A DNA stretch of 63,455 bases, counting the filler, from Reclinomonas americana ATCC 50394 (lineage: Eukaryota), in the NCBI GenBank assembly GCA_048213135.1. It is 10 parts of 10 records of this genome, joined end to end, with 100 filler letters (N's around TTAATTAATTAA, not from the genome) between each part and the next. Parts side by side here need not be neighbours in the genome. Positions count along the whole stretch, not along the records: positions 22,879 to 30,294 come from AFZH01020254.1; positions 30,395 to 36,310 come from AFZH01020255.1; positions 36,411 to 40,404 come from AFZH01020256.1; 7 more parts are not named here. One strand, 5' to 3'. A program made the position numbers and the translations under genes. Below, piece by piece: positions 25,801 to 38,904 of this stretch (position 1 is its first letter; each line of letters begins with the position of its first letter). The notes beneath the pieces were generated by a model. That model was not told the DNA's origin. It saw only the letters and a program-made list of their open reading frames with translations, and ran no database searches.

Positions 25801-28752
25801 TCATCTTGCTGATTGAGTACTTGTCGCACCGCCCATGTGATTCATGGGAGAGCAGTGCTGCAATAAGAGGAAGATATTGGTGATGGCGTTTGGCATCATG
25901 GCACCGATTGTGATGGGATCCACGATCTGCCATCATCAGCGCATTCTTTTTGACTTGGCAAGCGAGGAGTGTGGCATCCCTTCATCGAAAGCAGGCTGCC
26001 TGTCGTCGGCAGTTGTGAGCTCATTCGGCAGGAGTCTTGGCCATGTCGTCCAAAACGTACGCGACAAGACGCCCAGGTCTGATGAGGGAGTGCTCCAGAG
26101 CATGAGCGACTTCATTGAGGTGAGCAGCATCCGTCTCACTCGACTGAATAAATATCATCGCTAATGTGTGTGGCATTATGCAGAAGAGTGAACTGCGTGG
26201 CGCTGCTCTGGCGAACGCCATTGAGAGACCCCTGGTTGTGGTGGATGAGCGTGGCTATTCGGAGGTTGGCTGCGCTGCACTCAGTGTGCGTTGTACATAT
26301 TGACTGCCATTTTCTCATGCTTTCTGTTCTGGAATTTGGTTGTCAGGAGTCGTCAAAGTTGCCGGGGATGCAGCACAACAAGCAGACACTCCATCAACCA
26401 TTCATCACGCTGGCAATGCAAGCTCTCCACAATTGCCCTGGCCTGCTGTCCACTCTGCTCCGAGACGGCTGTTTTTCGAAGAAAGAGATCACACGTGCTG
26501 TCCAGTGGTGCGGTGAACGAGGTTTGGCTGCGTGACTTGCACAGCTGCACAGTGTGCGCATGTGCTCAACAACGATGGAACAGCACTGAGGGAGATGGAG
26601 ATGGTGAAGAAAGAGGAGAAGAGGGAGGAAGAGCAGGAGGACGAGGACGATGGCAAGGTACGCCCGTCGCTCGTTTCCATTAGACGCTGCGAGACAGATG
26701 CGCGTCCTTACTCTGCGTGGATTGCGCTTCACAGCGCCGCAAGAGTGGTCCTGGGAAGCTGAGCATCAACGAGCAACTGATTCTGGCGAGGCTGTTTGTT
26801 GCGTGTTGCTGTTATCTGTGCATGTCACCGACAATGCTGTTACTCCCATCTGCTCACCTCGCCTCGGAGCAGCGCTGCAACAAGAAGAGGATGCTGGTGA
26901 AGGCATTCGGTCTGATGGCATTCGTGGTGATGGAGTCTACAGTCGTCCATCATCAGCGTGTTCTCCTCCAACTTGCCTGTGACGAATGCGGAATACCGTT
27001 TGAGGGACGGGGCTGTCCATCATCCGCGGTCATGGCTGCATTCGGCAACAGTCTTGCCGGCAGTGCCAGTAGAGCACGTTGCGAGACGCCCAAGTCAATT
27101 GAGGGTGTGCTTGAGAGTATGAGCAATTTCATAGAGGTGAGTGTCGGTGTGTTGTTTCAGTATCCTTTCGATTGTTATGTGCGTGGTACCTGACTCGACT
27201 TTGACGTGAATGTCACCATCAGAAGAGTGGTCTTCGGGGAGCTGCGCTGTTGGATGCCGTCGAGAAGCCACTGATTGTGATTGACGAATGTGGCCACTCT
27301 AAGGCGCGTGTGAAATTGTGTGTTTGCTAATTCGCGTCATTGAAAGCTGGCTCACATTTATGTGGCTTGGATGGCAGGAATCAGCAAAGTCGCAGAAGGG
27401 AGGCGCTCCTAATGCTCTTCTGCCACACATCATGCAGGCCATGCAGGCTCTCCACGGCTGTCCAGACCTGCTGGCCACTCTGCTTCGGGACGGCTGCCTT
27501 TCGCAGGCGGAGATTGCACGTGCCGCCGCATGGTGCAGTGAAAGAGGTTCGGCTGCTTGTGCTCGTGGCTTCATTGCTTACGTGCTGAGAAATGAGTGAC
27601 CAGTCGTCAGGGAGATGGAGATGATGGAGAAAGAGGAGGAGAGGAAGGGTGAGCAGGAAGAAGATGATGACGACATCGAGAGTGTGGACGATGACGCGAA
27701 GAGAAACAAGGTACGCCCGACGCTGCTTTCTATGAGATATGTATGAGGTACGTCTCAACACTGCGTGGCCTGTGTTTTAACAGCGCCGCAAGATTGATCC
27801 TGCGAAGTTGAGCATCAACGAGCAATTGATGCTAGCGAGATTGCTTGTTGCGTGTTCTTTGCATCGCCGACATTGCTGTCACAAATTCCTCGCTCACTCC
27901 CACCCATGCGTCACACCTGAGAGCAGGGCGGCAACAGGAAGAGGATGATGGTGAAGGCATTTGGCCTCATGGCACCCGTGGTCATGGAGTCTACAGTCGT
28001 CCATCATCAGCGAGTTCTCTTCCAGCTGGCCTGTGACGACTGCGGAATACCATCGAAGGGACCGGGCAGTCCATCATCCGCAGTCATGGCTGCATTTAGC
28101 AAGAGTCTTGCCGGCAGTGCCAACACGACACGCAGCACGACGCTCAAGTCTGTGGAGGGTGTGCTCGAGAGCGTGAGCAATTTCATCGAGGTGAGTGCCA
28201 GTTTGTTACTTCTGTGTCACATCTGCTTGTGGTGTGTCTGGCAACTGACCTGGCTTGCGTCGTGTGCATGTGGAATCATCAGAAGAGCGGACTTCGAGGA
28301 GCTGCGCTGGTGGATGCTGTCGAGAGACCACTGATTGTGATTGACGAGCGCGGTTACTCTGAGGCATGTGGACGACGACTGTTGGGATCGCTTTTGTGCT
28401 CCGATGATGTGATGACTGACTTTGCTGTCGTATTCTCGGATGGCAGAAATCAGACAAGTTGCGGAAGAGCAGCAATCCAAATTACCTTCTGCCTTATGTA
28501 TCACAAGCCATGCATCTGCTCCACAATTGCCCTGGCCTGCTGGCCACTCTGCTTCGAGACGGTTGTCTTTCAAAGGCGGATATTGAGCGTGCTGGTGAGT
28601 GCTATAAATGCAACAATCGGGGGTCGCCTGCTGTTGTTGCTCGTCGTGCCAACATCAGCACTGACGAGCATAATGCAGCACTGGGTGACGAGAAGCCGGT
28701 GAAGATGGAGGTGGTGAAGAAAGAGGAAGAGGAGGAGGAGGAGGACATGTAG
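22879..28752 (+). CDS. Five-domain repeat protein, copy 4 (5' end in gap)
   Basis: Resumes mid exon 2 after the gap; five modules; TAG 28750-28752. Confidence 0.85.
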
Positions 28753-29848
28753 AGCAGGTAAAACAGTTTTAGTTGTAGAAGGAAAGCATACGAGACCTGT
28801 TGGCGATCACTGGTAGATGCTCATTGTTGTGTATGGATCAGTGAAGTTTCTATTATTTCAAAGAGACGGTGGCGGAAAGGGGATGTGAAGAGCAAGACGC
28901 TGCGGTGGATGGACGACGTGTGCCTGCATCGGTTAGTGGCGGGGGAGTGTGAATGAGTCGGCAGCGGGTGGGATGAGAGAGGGGAAGACGGTTCACTGGC
29001 CAAGCAGCGCATGCATGGTGTTGTGAGGTCGATAAAGCTTGTCGAAAAAGAAGGAAGCAGGAACCCAGTGCATCAGTATTTTAAACAGCTGTCCTGTGTT
29101 GTGAGGGACGGACTCTTTATGTGTGTTTTTCTCTGCATGCAGCTGAATGTTGTTGTTGTTGTCGCAGGAGGAAGAGCAAGATGAGTGAAGGATTTGAACC
29201 GGGGCCATCATTTGACTTGGTGGGCGAATGAATGCTGCTGTTGTGCGTGCAGCCGCCACGGAGGCATGCATTTGCTGTCGTGATTTTGCATGAGAATGGC
29301 TGTCTTGTTGACCAAGGCCAGCCATATTCGAAAACAGCGACACTTGCTTCTTCTGTGTGTTCATGACAGCGGCAGAGCACCAGACCGCTGGTGCATGATG
29401 GCAACCAACAGACTCATCGCGTGATTGTACAAGTAACTCGTATTTCCAGTGGGTCGATGTGGATTGAGCACCAGCTTCCTGATCCGTGTTCTCCCCGTCT
29501 GATCATGAGATCTAGAGATCAGAACAAGAGGCATGCAGATGCTGGTCATCGAGTACAATTGCAGTTGATGATGTAACTACGTTGTTCAGTTCCAGACTCA
29601 CCTCTCTCCATTTCTTCCCCACGGCATCGCTTCTTTTTACAACGTCGACGTCGCAGTCGGTCGACGTTCCCCAGAATCATCTGTCAATTGCAACGCGCAT
29701 TCTCTCTCAGCCCTGCTAAACACAGACTTTATGCTCCGGCGCAAAGCTGCCGCTGTGTTTGCCGGGCGCTTGTTAGTTGAAGCTTGCGTCCTGCTGGTCC
29801 TCTCTATTCTCCCTTTCTCTCTCGCGCAACAACAAACAACTACTCACC

Positions 29849-30065
29849 ATGGACGCCGGCGACAACATTCAGGGCATTGAGCAGCAGGAGGCGGCTCCTT
29901 TCGTCGACCAAGTCGGCAACGAGGCGTTTCGTTCACACACACACAAACGCACAAAATCAAACACAACACTTTTTTCCCCCACACCCTCACTCTTCTCCTC
30001 TCGCGCGCAGCATCGAGGAGGTGAACCAGATCCTCTCCGGTTTCGGCGCCATTGCCGGCAAGTGA
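29849..30065 (+). CDS. Putative two-exon 43-aa microprotein (or 5' exons of a longer gene)
   Basis: CACCATGG start; intron 29926-30010 (GTTTCG...CAG); spliced MDAGDNIQGIEQQEAAPFVDQVGNEAIEEVNQILSGFGAIAGK*. Confidence 0.45.
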
Positions 30066-30606
30066 TGCAACAGCACACGCAGCATGCATGTTGTGTGTTG
30101 AGTGAAACTTCTCGCAGTGTGACATTGCTTGTGACGGGAGTGGAGGGGTAGAAGTGAGAGAAGAAGAAGAGGAAGTTGGACTCGGTTCCTTTGTCATGCC
30201 TCTCGTGGCACTTGACATCTCTCTCTGAGGGAGGAATGATCGAGACTTGTTTGTGTATGCATGTGTGTGCGAGAGATAGAGAGAGCAGTACGTGNNNNNN
30301 NNNNNNNNNNNNNNNNNNNNNNNNNNNNNNNNNNNNNNTTAATTAATTAANNNNNNNNNNNNNNNNNNNNNNNNNNNNNNNNNNNNNNNNNNNNGTCCTC
30401 TCCTCTCTCCTCTCTCTCTCTCTTCTCTCTCCTCCTCTCTCTCTCTTCTCTCTCCTCTCTCTCTCTCTTCTCTCTCCTTTCTCCTCTTCTCTCTCCTCTC
30501 TCCTTTCTCTTCTCTCTTCTCTCTCCTCTCTTCTCTCTCCTCTCTCCTTCTCTTCTCTCTCCTCTCTATCTCTTCTCTCTCTTCTCTCTCCTCTCTCCTC
30601 TCTCCA

Positions 30607-30637
<31 letters not shown>

Positions 30638-31260
30638 GCCCTCCACATATCGCAGTTGTCTCTCGCACAATCTGGCTTGCATTGTAGACTCTCGCTCGCT
30701 TTCTGACAGCTTTCCTTCTTGCCTTCCATCCTGTGCACTCATAATCACGTTAGCAGCGTCTCTCTCGCTCTCTGATCGCTCTTGGTTCTTGCATGCTGAT
30801 CTTTGCACTCATTGCTTCCGCGTCCTTATCGTTCCTTTCCTCTTCTTTGCTCCTCCGCGTCTCTTGCACATCGCCTCGTCCTCTTCGCTCTCGCCACCTG
30901 AGCGCTGTCATCCCTGCTCTCGCTCTTCCTCACATCTCAAACTTGCTCTGTATCTCCCTCGTCGTTCCTGTGCTCATGGTCAGCTGCAATCTTCACTCGC
31001 TCTCGTCGGCGCTCCTCCTTTCTCACTTCTAAGAGGTGTGCTCGTCGTCCTCCGATTCGTTTCTTCGGTGCCCGCACTCTTTGCCGTTCACTCTTCCTCG
31101 TCCTCCTCATTGTGCCTTTGAGCTCTTGTTGTCCTCGCTCGCTCACTTACTCTCACTGTTCCTCGTCTCACATCTCAGAGGCGCTCGTCATTCTCTCCTC
31201 ATCTTCGCATGCTCACCCTTCTCCTTGCCCACCCTTCACCACCCTTGCCCCCTCCCGCAG

Positions 31261-34200
31261 CCTTCTCCGGCGGCGTCGCCCACCCACCCGGCTACCCCCT
31301 CTTCACCCTGCTCGCCCGCGCCGCCATCCGCCTCCTCGACTGGCTCCCCTCGCCCACCACCGTGGCCTGGCGCGTCAACATGCTCAACGCCGTCATTGCG
31401 AGCGCCACCAGCGCGTGTCTCTTTGCGCTGGTGTGCCGCCTCACGCGGAACAGCGTGGCCATTGCGGCGCTCGTGTGCGGACTCTTTTCGTTCTCGCCCA
31501 CCACGTGGGAGAACGCGGTGGTGGCCGAGGTGTTTGCGCTGAATAATTTGTTTACGGTGCTGCTGCTGTGGCTGCTGGTCGAGTTTGCGGTGGCGGAGGA
31601 GCGGCGGCGAGTGACGCTCAGTCGGTACGGTGCCGTGCTGTGTGGACTGGCCATGACCAATCAGCACACGATTGCCTTGTATGAGGTAAGGGGGGAAAGG
31701 AGGGGGGAAGAAGGGAGGGTAGGGAGAGGGAGAGGGAGAGAAAAGAGGGAAAGGGAGGGGGAGAGGGATGTAAGAGGGAGAGCAACAAAGACAAGGGGGT
31801 GGGGGGGGGGGGGGGCACGAGAAGCGTTGCATGCTGCTTGCTATCGATGAGCATTCTCAGTCACTCATTCACTTCCTTGCTTGCTCGTACATACATGACT
31901 TTTCTCTTCTTAATCTCTCTCTCTCACTCATCTCAGCACTCCCTCGCTTGCTCTTACGTACATGACTCTTGTCTTTATCTCTCTCTCTTTCTCTCTTTCC
32001 CTATGTCACTCACTTACTCACTCTCTCGCGTGCTCGTACATGCATACTCTATCTCTCCCTAATCTCTTTCTCACACACACTTGCTTACTTGATCACTCGC
32101 GCAGACACACGCTCACTGTCTCTAGCTTTTCTCTCTCCCTTCGTCTCTCTCACACACTCACCCCTTCTCACATGCTCGCGTATACATACTCAGTCATTCA
32201 CTCTCACCTGCTCGCACACACTTGACTGTTTCGCTCTCTCTCTCTCTCTTGCACCCATTTACTCACTTAGTCACGTATGTACTCATTCACTCCCTCGCTT
32301 GTCACATGCATGACTGTTTCTCTCCCTAATCTCTCTGTCACACACTCCCTTACTTAGTTGCGCAAACATGCAGTCACTGCTTCTAGCTTTCTCTCTCCGT
32401 TGGCCTCTCAGTCTCTATGTTCTCTTTCCCTTTGCCTCTCAGTGACTAGCTTCTCTCTCTCTCCCTTTGCCTCTCAGTCTCTCTCCCTTTGCCTCTCAGT
32501 CTCTCTCCCTTTGCCTCTCAGTCTCTCTCCCTTTGCCTCTCAGTCCTTCCCCCTTTGCCCCTTTATCTCTCATTCTTATCCCATCCTCCGCCCCCCTTGC
32601 TGCCGCAGCTTCCCATCATGCTCTGGGTGCTGTGGTCCCTCCGATCCACCCTCCAAAGGCAGCCGCGACTGCTGCTAGACTACGTGGTGCTGCTGGTCGT
32701 GGGCCTGCTGCCATACCTGTACTTGCCCATCTCCACTGCGTGGTCCGAGTCGCGCGCAACGTGGGGTACGCTCTCCTACATGCATCCCCGCCTTTCGCTC
32801 CCTTGTCACTGACTTCCCTTCCCTCGCCGTAGGCGACAGCGCCACTCTTGCTGGCTTTCTCGCCCACTTTTTCCGCACCGAGTATGGCACATTCGACTTG
32901 GCCAACCGCCTGTCGTACGCCGGCGGCAGCAACCCGCTGCAGGGCCTGCTCACGTTTGCCGCGCATTTCTCCGCCGAGTCGCTCCACGTGAGCCTGCCGG
33001 CCGCTGCACTCGGTGTCGCACTGCTCTTTCGCACTCGCGCCAAGGCGGTGAGTTGATGACAAAGGAACGGGGATGCGAGGAGCTTGTCGCCGCTGAGTGT
33101 TCTCTATTTGTAGCCGGTGCTTGCTGCAGCTCGGGTGCCTCTCCTGTCGGCATTCGCGCTGTACCTGCTCTTTTTCCACTCGCGCGCCAACTTGGATCTG
33201 TCGTCGCCGTTGTACTATAGTGTGGTGTCGCGATTTTGGATGCAGCCGTCGTTAGTGTTGCTGCTGTTGGCGGCCTGCGGGATGCACGCCGTGCACGAGG
33301 TGGTGGTGGAGAGGATGTCGTTGAGGAGAATATCGGGCGGTGTGGTGTTGGCGGTGGTGGTGGCGGTGTGTGTGATGCAGGTGGTGGCGCATCGTCAGCA
33401 GGTGGGTGGAAAGGGGAAGGGGGAGGGAAGGGGAAGGGGGAGGAAGGGGGGAAGGGGGAAGGGAGAAATGGAAGGAAGAGCGGTGGGAGGTCTTCTTCGC
33501 TGCTATGCCGTGCAGATCTCTCTCTGGCGCCAGCACACTCTTCCTCACTTCATATCAGCCGAAACTGCCAGCTCTGTCAGATGTCACTTTTGCTTCGACC
33601 TTTGCAGTATCCACTGTCGCATTCCCTCTCCCTTTCCCACTCTCCGAATTTCATCTCCTTCTGCGATTCTGTGGAGCGTGCGTCTTCACTTGGAGGTTTC
33701 GCCCTGCCTTGTCTTCAGCGGTGATCTCGTCCATTGCATGAGCAGGGTGCATGTGGTTGCTGTTCTTGCAATCGTCGTAAGTAATTCCCTTCTGCTTTTT
33801 CAGTGTATGTGCTGCTCGCGCGTTTCCATCGCAAGAATCTTCAGGGGAACAGAACGGGCACTCTTTCGGGGATTCTGTTGTGTGTCTCATGGACGATCAG
33901 TCCATGAGACATGTCTTCTTCTAGCACATGAAGCCTCAGCGACAGAAAAGGAGTCTTCTTCAGGGATTCTGTTGTGCGTCTCTCGTGGACGATCAGTCCA
34001 GTCTTGTCTTCTTCCTCCATGATTTCGATCACTGCATGGGCAGAATGCATGTTGTTGCTGTCTTTGATGGTGTGCCTGTCCATCGCTTCTTGCAGTTGTT
34101 GTGATGTTTCTTGTGTGCTGCAGCTTCAGTTTGTTTACTGTTTGCACGTTTTGATCTGTGCTGATATCAGGGGCATGAACGGGGCATCTCCAGGGATTCT

Positions 34201-36265
34201 TTTGCGTGTGTGTCTCTTGTCGTCGAGGCTCCATTCTTGCTTCGTTTTCCGAAATGCTGTTGTCCATCGCGTGAGCTTGTCATCTTGTGTATCTTTGTAG
34301 TTTCTTGTTGTTGTACCTGTCTTTTGCTTGCAATTGTCGTGAGGCTAGTCCCTATCTGCTCTGCTGCAGTTATGCAGTCTATTTTCTTCCCAAGCACAAG
34401 AAGCCTCAGCGACAGAGAAGGTCTTCTTCAGAGATTCTGTGATGTGTCTCCTCTCGTCAAGGCTTCATACTTGCTTTTTCTTTCGCCGATCGCACCAGCA
34501 GGCGTAATTATCTCTTCCCTCGCAACATTGATGCGGGTTACTACTTTGCTCTGTCTGCTGCTTCCCTTCACTCACCTCCCTTTCCCCAATCGCAGGTGGA
34601 CCGCAGCTCCAGCACCTTCCTCACCGACGTGGGCCGCGAAATGCTGCGCCGCCTGCCACCCCACAGCATCCTCCTCGTGCGCGGCGACCTGCTCGTCAAC
34701 TCCTCCCGCTACGCCAGTCTGTGCGACGGTCTGCGACCAGACGTGCAGGTGATGGAACTTGACTTTATGTCGTATCCGTGGTACGCGAAACGAGTGGCTC
34801 CACGCCTGGCGGGTGTGGTGGTGCCGGGTCGGCGGTGGGGTCTCGGCGACCAGCCGGGCGACTATTCGCTGCTTGACTTTGTTGAGGCCAATCATCAGCG
34901 GCCAGTGATTGTGCTCGGCGGTGTGCGCCATGGTGTGTGATGGACAAGGGAGAAGCGAGAGGATTGCGTGCATTCTTGTTTATGTTGGCGAGTGTGACAG
35001 ACGACAAGTCGTATGCGAGCAAGTACGAGTTGCGGGAGTTGCCGGAGAGCATTGGACAGATATTTGTTGCGTTGCTGCCGGCAAGCGATGCTGTGATGTG
35101 TTGTGTTGTTGATGGATTGGTGTGGTGCAGGTGTTGAAGGATGAGCCCGATGATTTGCCGACGTGGTTTGCGAGATACGAGGTGTGTTGGGTGACGGAGA
35201 GAGGGAGGGAGAAACGGAGAGGCGGAGAGTGCAGCGAAGGAGATGGGTGCATGGAGCAGAGTGAGAGAGTGTGAAGGAGTGCTGTGAGTCTAGTGGCAGA
35301 GTGTGAAGAAGGGAAAATAGTGCACTAAGCAGTGAGAATGAGTTGAGTGCAATGAAGAAGTGCGCTGCAGAGGGGCAGATAGACAGAGCACAAACGGAAA
35401 GAAGTGAGCGAATGCATTGAAGGGGTGTACCGATGAGTGTGCTGACAAGGCTGTCAGTTTGGTAGGGCAGTTACAGAGTGCAGCTAAGGAGTGCAGTGAA
35501 CAAGGAGCAGCGTAAAAAATTTGTAGCGAATGAGCGCAATGGACGAGTGTAGTGACGGAATGCTGTAAAAGGTTGCATGCAGTGTTTTGGGAGAATGGGA
35601 GGGGAAACAGGAAGATTGCAGTGGAGTGCAGTGAGGAACTGCAGTGAACGAAGAAACGCAATGCACAGTGTGTTGTGATGAAGTGCAGTGAAGGAGCGAA
35701 AATGTTTGCAGTGAAGGACAGGAGAGAGTGTGAGAGAGAGAGAGAGCGCGCGGTAAAGGATTGAAAAGATTGCAGTCATGGATCACAGTGCAGGAACGCA
35801 GTGAAGGAACGCAGTGAAGGAACGCAGTGAAGGGAACGCAGTGAAGGGAACGCAGTGAAGGGAACGCAGTGAAGGGAACGCAGTGAAGGGAACGCAGTGA
35901 AGGGAACGCAGTGAAGGGAACGCAGTGAAGGGAACGCAGTGAAGGGAATGCAGTGAAGGGAATGCAGTGAAGGGAATGCAGTGAGGGAACGCAGTGAGGG
36001 AACGCAGTGAGGGAACGCAGTGAGGGAACGTAGTGAGGGAACGTAGTGAGGGAACGCAGTGAGGGAACGCAGTGAGGGAACGCAGTGAGGGAACGCAGTG
36101 AGGGAACGCAGTGAGGGAACGCAGTGAGGGAACGCAGTGAGGGAACGCAGTGAAGGGAGCGCAGTGAAGGGAGCGCAGTGAAGGGAGCGCAGTGTAAGAA
36201 GTGAGTGAAGGAACGCAGCGAAGAGAGTGCTGTGATGTCAAGTCGTTGCAGAGGGTGTTAGTGTC

Positions 36266-36310
<45 letters not shown>

Positions 36311-37039
36311 NNNNNNNNNNNNNNNNNNNNNNNNNNNNNNNNNNNNNNNNNNNNTTAATTAATTAANNNNNNNNNNNNNNNNNNNNNNNNNNNNNNNNNN
36401 NNNNNNNNNNCTCGTCCCCACCTCCTGGACTCCCTCCCGCTCCCACCGCTGAGCAAGTTCCGTCGCGAGTCGTGGGAGCGCTTCACCAGGCAACAGATGA
36501 TTGTGTTTCAGTATTGTTGCGTGCTTTGTCTCTCTCTCTCTTCACATACACGCCACGACTTACCCCCCCTTCCCCTCGCCCACAGACAAGGCCAGTCGAG
36601 GAATGATGAAGGTCTCCACTCCCTCTTCCCCCACTCATCCTCACTTTACCTCACCCTCCCCCTTCTCCCCTCACGGCAGCACATCCCCTCTCTCCCGGAG
36701 GACAGTCCACTGCGACGCTCGGTGCTGCTGGAGGTGGTGCGCATTGCCGAGTGGGCAGTGGCGGCGTTGGACGACGAGATCCGGCCGGTGGATGCGCCGT
36801 CGCGCGCCACGATGGATGCCATGCATCGCGTGGTCGGCGTCGGGCACTACCTGCTGATGCTGCATGCGCTGACGCCGAGCATGGAGGAGCGCGAGAGGCA
36901 TCGCGAAAAGGCCGTGGCGGCGATTGGTTATTACTTGTCGTTGGGGCATGCGGATCAGCAGAGGGCGATGTTGGAGTCGGTGGTGGAGACGTTTGCGGGG
37001 AGGGGGTCGTTGGAGGTGGTGAGGTTTGGAGGGGGGTAA
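31261..37039 (+). CDS. TMEM260: TMEM260/DUF2723-family membrane protein (putative protein O-mannosyltransferase), multi-exon, 5' partial
   Basis: Motifs GVAHPPGYPLF, AEVFALNNLF, GLAMTNQHT, GLLPYLYLP, HFFRTEYGTFDL, FFHSRANLD...RFWMQ, LLVRGDL...LCDGLRPD. Exons start at 31261, 32609, ~32833, ~33114, 34596, 35001, 35131, after the gap at 36411, ~36586 and 36680; TAA at 37039. Confidence 0.9.
32400..32544. repeat. 22-bp intronic minisatellite (CTCTCCCTTTGCCTCTCAGTCT)n
   Basis: About 4 perfect plus degenerate copies. Confidence 0.85.
33800..34460. repeat. Degenerate dispersed intronic repeats (CTTCAGGGATTCTGTTGTG-like core)
   Basis: Core recurs near 33865, 33958, 34190 and 34425; GAAGCCTCAGCGACAGA occurs at ~33930 and ~34400. 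Confidence 0.6.
35793..36194. repeat. 13-14-bp intronic minisatellite (GGGAACGCAGTGA[A])n
   Basis: About 30 tandem units in blocks of variants. Confidence 0.95.
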
Positions 37040-37164
37040 GGTGAGGGCGAGGTTGCGACGGTTATTTGTTGTTGGATGGTGAAATAATGAATGTGTTATC
37101 TCGGCTCTGCAGAACGTTGACTCTCTTCACTTGTGGCACGGTCATCAATTACAGCTGAAACAAA

Positions 37165-37170
37165 TTTATT
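37165..37170 (-). terminator. Probable poly(A) signal AATAAA of the minus-strand gene
   Basis: TTTATT on + strand ~70 nt beyond the stop, in the AT-rich space between convergent genes. Confidence 0.4.
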
Positions 37171-37241
37171 CTGTTTCGCGGTATCTTGTTCTTGTTATAT
37201 GCTTGCATTGCTTTAATCTTGCGTGCCTGGAGATCAAGAGC

Positions 37242-38904
37242 TCAACTGCCCGATCCGCTTCCTGAAGTGGAAAGACGCGATGCATGTACATCCTGCTCCA
37301 GGATTATTCGAGCGGCCTCCGCATAGTCATCATGCAGAATATCCATCCTACTCGGGTTGCCGGCCACCAGACGCCCCAACAGTCTCCGTGTGTGCATCGA
37401 GATTCGAGTACGCTCATCGACGCCACGTGGCAGCACAGCTCCTGGCTCCGTCGCCGCCGCGGCCTCGGCAGTGGATATTGGTGGCGGCGTAATCCCGGAG
37501 TGCTCAAATATCGGAGCCTTGAGCGTCCTCCATGCACATCTGGCCAGAGCCTTCATGTGGAAGCGGAAGTACTCTCCATAAAACGAGCCGATGTTGTGCA
37601 CCATGTTGATGTCGAGTTTCATATCCGCAATGCGGTTGGTGTCCGGATAATACACAACCTCGAAGAATGCACGAAGCTCGTCGGCTGCGGCCGCGGCCGC
37701 CTCTCGCAGCAGAGCGCGAGTATCGCAGGGCGAACGAATCATGGTCCACAGTACCGATTGCCGAGAGGAAGCCGTGAGGTCGACGTCCTTCACCCCGTCG
37801 AGAAACTGCACCTCCTCCGGGCGAACTCGCGCCATCGCCTGGTACCGGCCTTTGTGGGAGACTGCGTTCCGTGCTCCACAAAACAGCAGGTACAACTCGT
37901 TCGCAACATCGAGGTTGAGGCTGATGGACTCAGGCGCTATCGAAAGATCCTCTGAACGCCACATGAACACGAGTGGCATGTCCTCATCCAGAAGGCAGCT
38001 GCGGTTGCAATCAGGCCGGAAGCGCGACCATCCGTTGTACACGTATTCCCAAATTGTCGAGATGCCGCAGTGACCGACGTTCGTGAGAGCGCCAGCCTTA
38101 GCGCCCCGCTTTCCTATTTCCTCAAAGGACCGACTGAACTCCATCCGGTCGGTAAACACTTGGAAGACTGAATTGTTGGTCTTCACCTCCGGTGGAGCGT
38201 CTGGCTCCTGTGCGCATCAATGATTAGCAACTCGGCGACTCAACCAGGCAACACTGACGAAACTGTAGGCACACAGCTCTCCAGGATTTTCAACCAGCTC
38301 GCGGGGAACGGCCAAAACGAGCGAATTCGACCAACAACTGCAGTGCAGTCGACATCGCCAGAGTCTCGAATCCCCGCATCGTCAAGATGCGCAACCATGA
38401 ACACACAGGCGACTTTCAGAACGAAGTCGGCAACCATCTGTTTCATCGCGCGTTCGTAGAGAGAGTGGAAGTCGCCGACAGCCTGACGCCACCTCTTCTC
38501 TCGCATGATCGTGTCCAGGTGCTGATTGGTCAGAAGATACTTCTGCAGCTCAAATTGCTCACACTCGCTGTCGGTTTTCCATATGTCCGTGTACGCCAAG
38601 CAAGGCTCGTTGACAACCTACAGAAATGTACCAACTGAGTCTTCGTGGGAAGGTTCAGAGATGAACACGAACAACAGTGCATGTGCCACAGGTGGGTGGG
38701 GGTGGCAAATGTAAGTCAATGCCACCCACTGCAGATTGTGTGCCTGGTGCACTCCAACACGCGTACAGCGCAAACAAGAGAAGTGACGACATAAAGCTCA
38801 CGTCAACGCACCGCCATCTGGTCGATGAGTCCTTGAATGCCAACGCGCGCTGCTGCGGCGCGCAGGATTTCCACTTGTTTGCGGTTTGCTGACAGGAATG
38901 CCAT
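37242..38904 (-). CDS. Hypothetical ~500-aa protein with an R-N-x3-H (HEPN-like) motif; about 4 exons
   Basis: Exon 1 38904-38812 (MAFLSANRKQ...QMA|GTGCGT), short exon ~38743-38690, exon ~38617-38260 (VVNEPCLAYTDIWK...), last exon ~38207-37242 containing ELYLLFCGARNAVSHKG. Internal donors uncertain. Confidence 0.7.
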
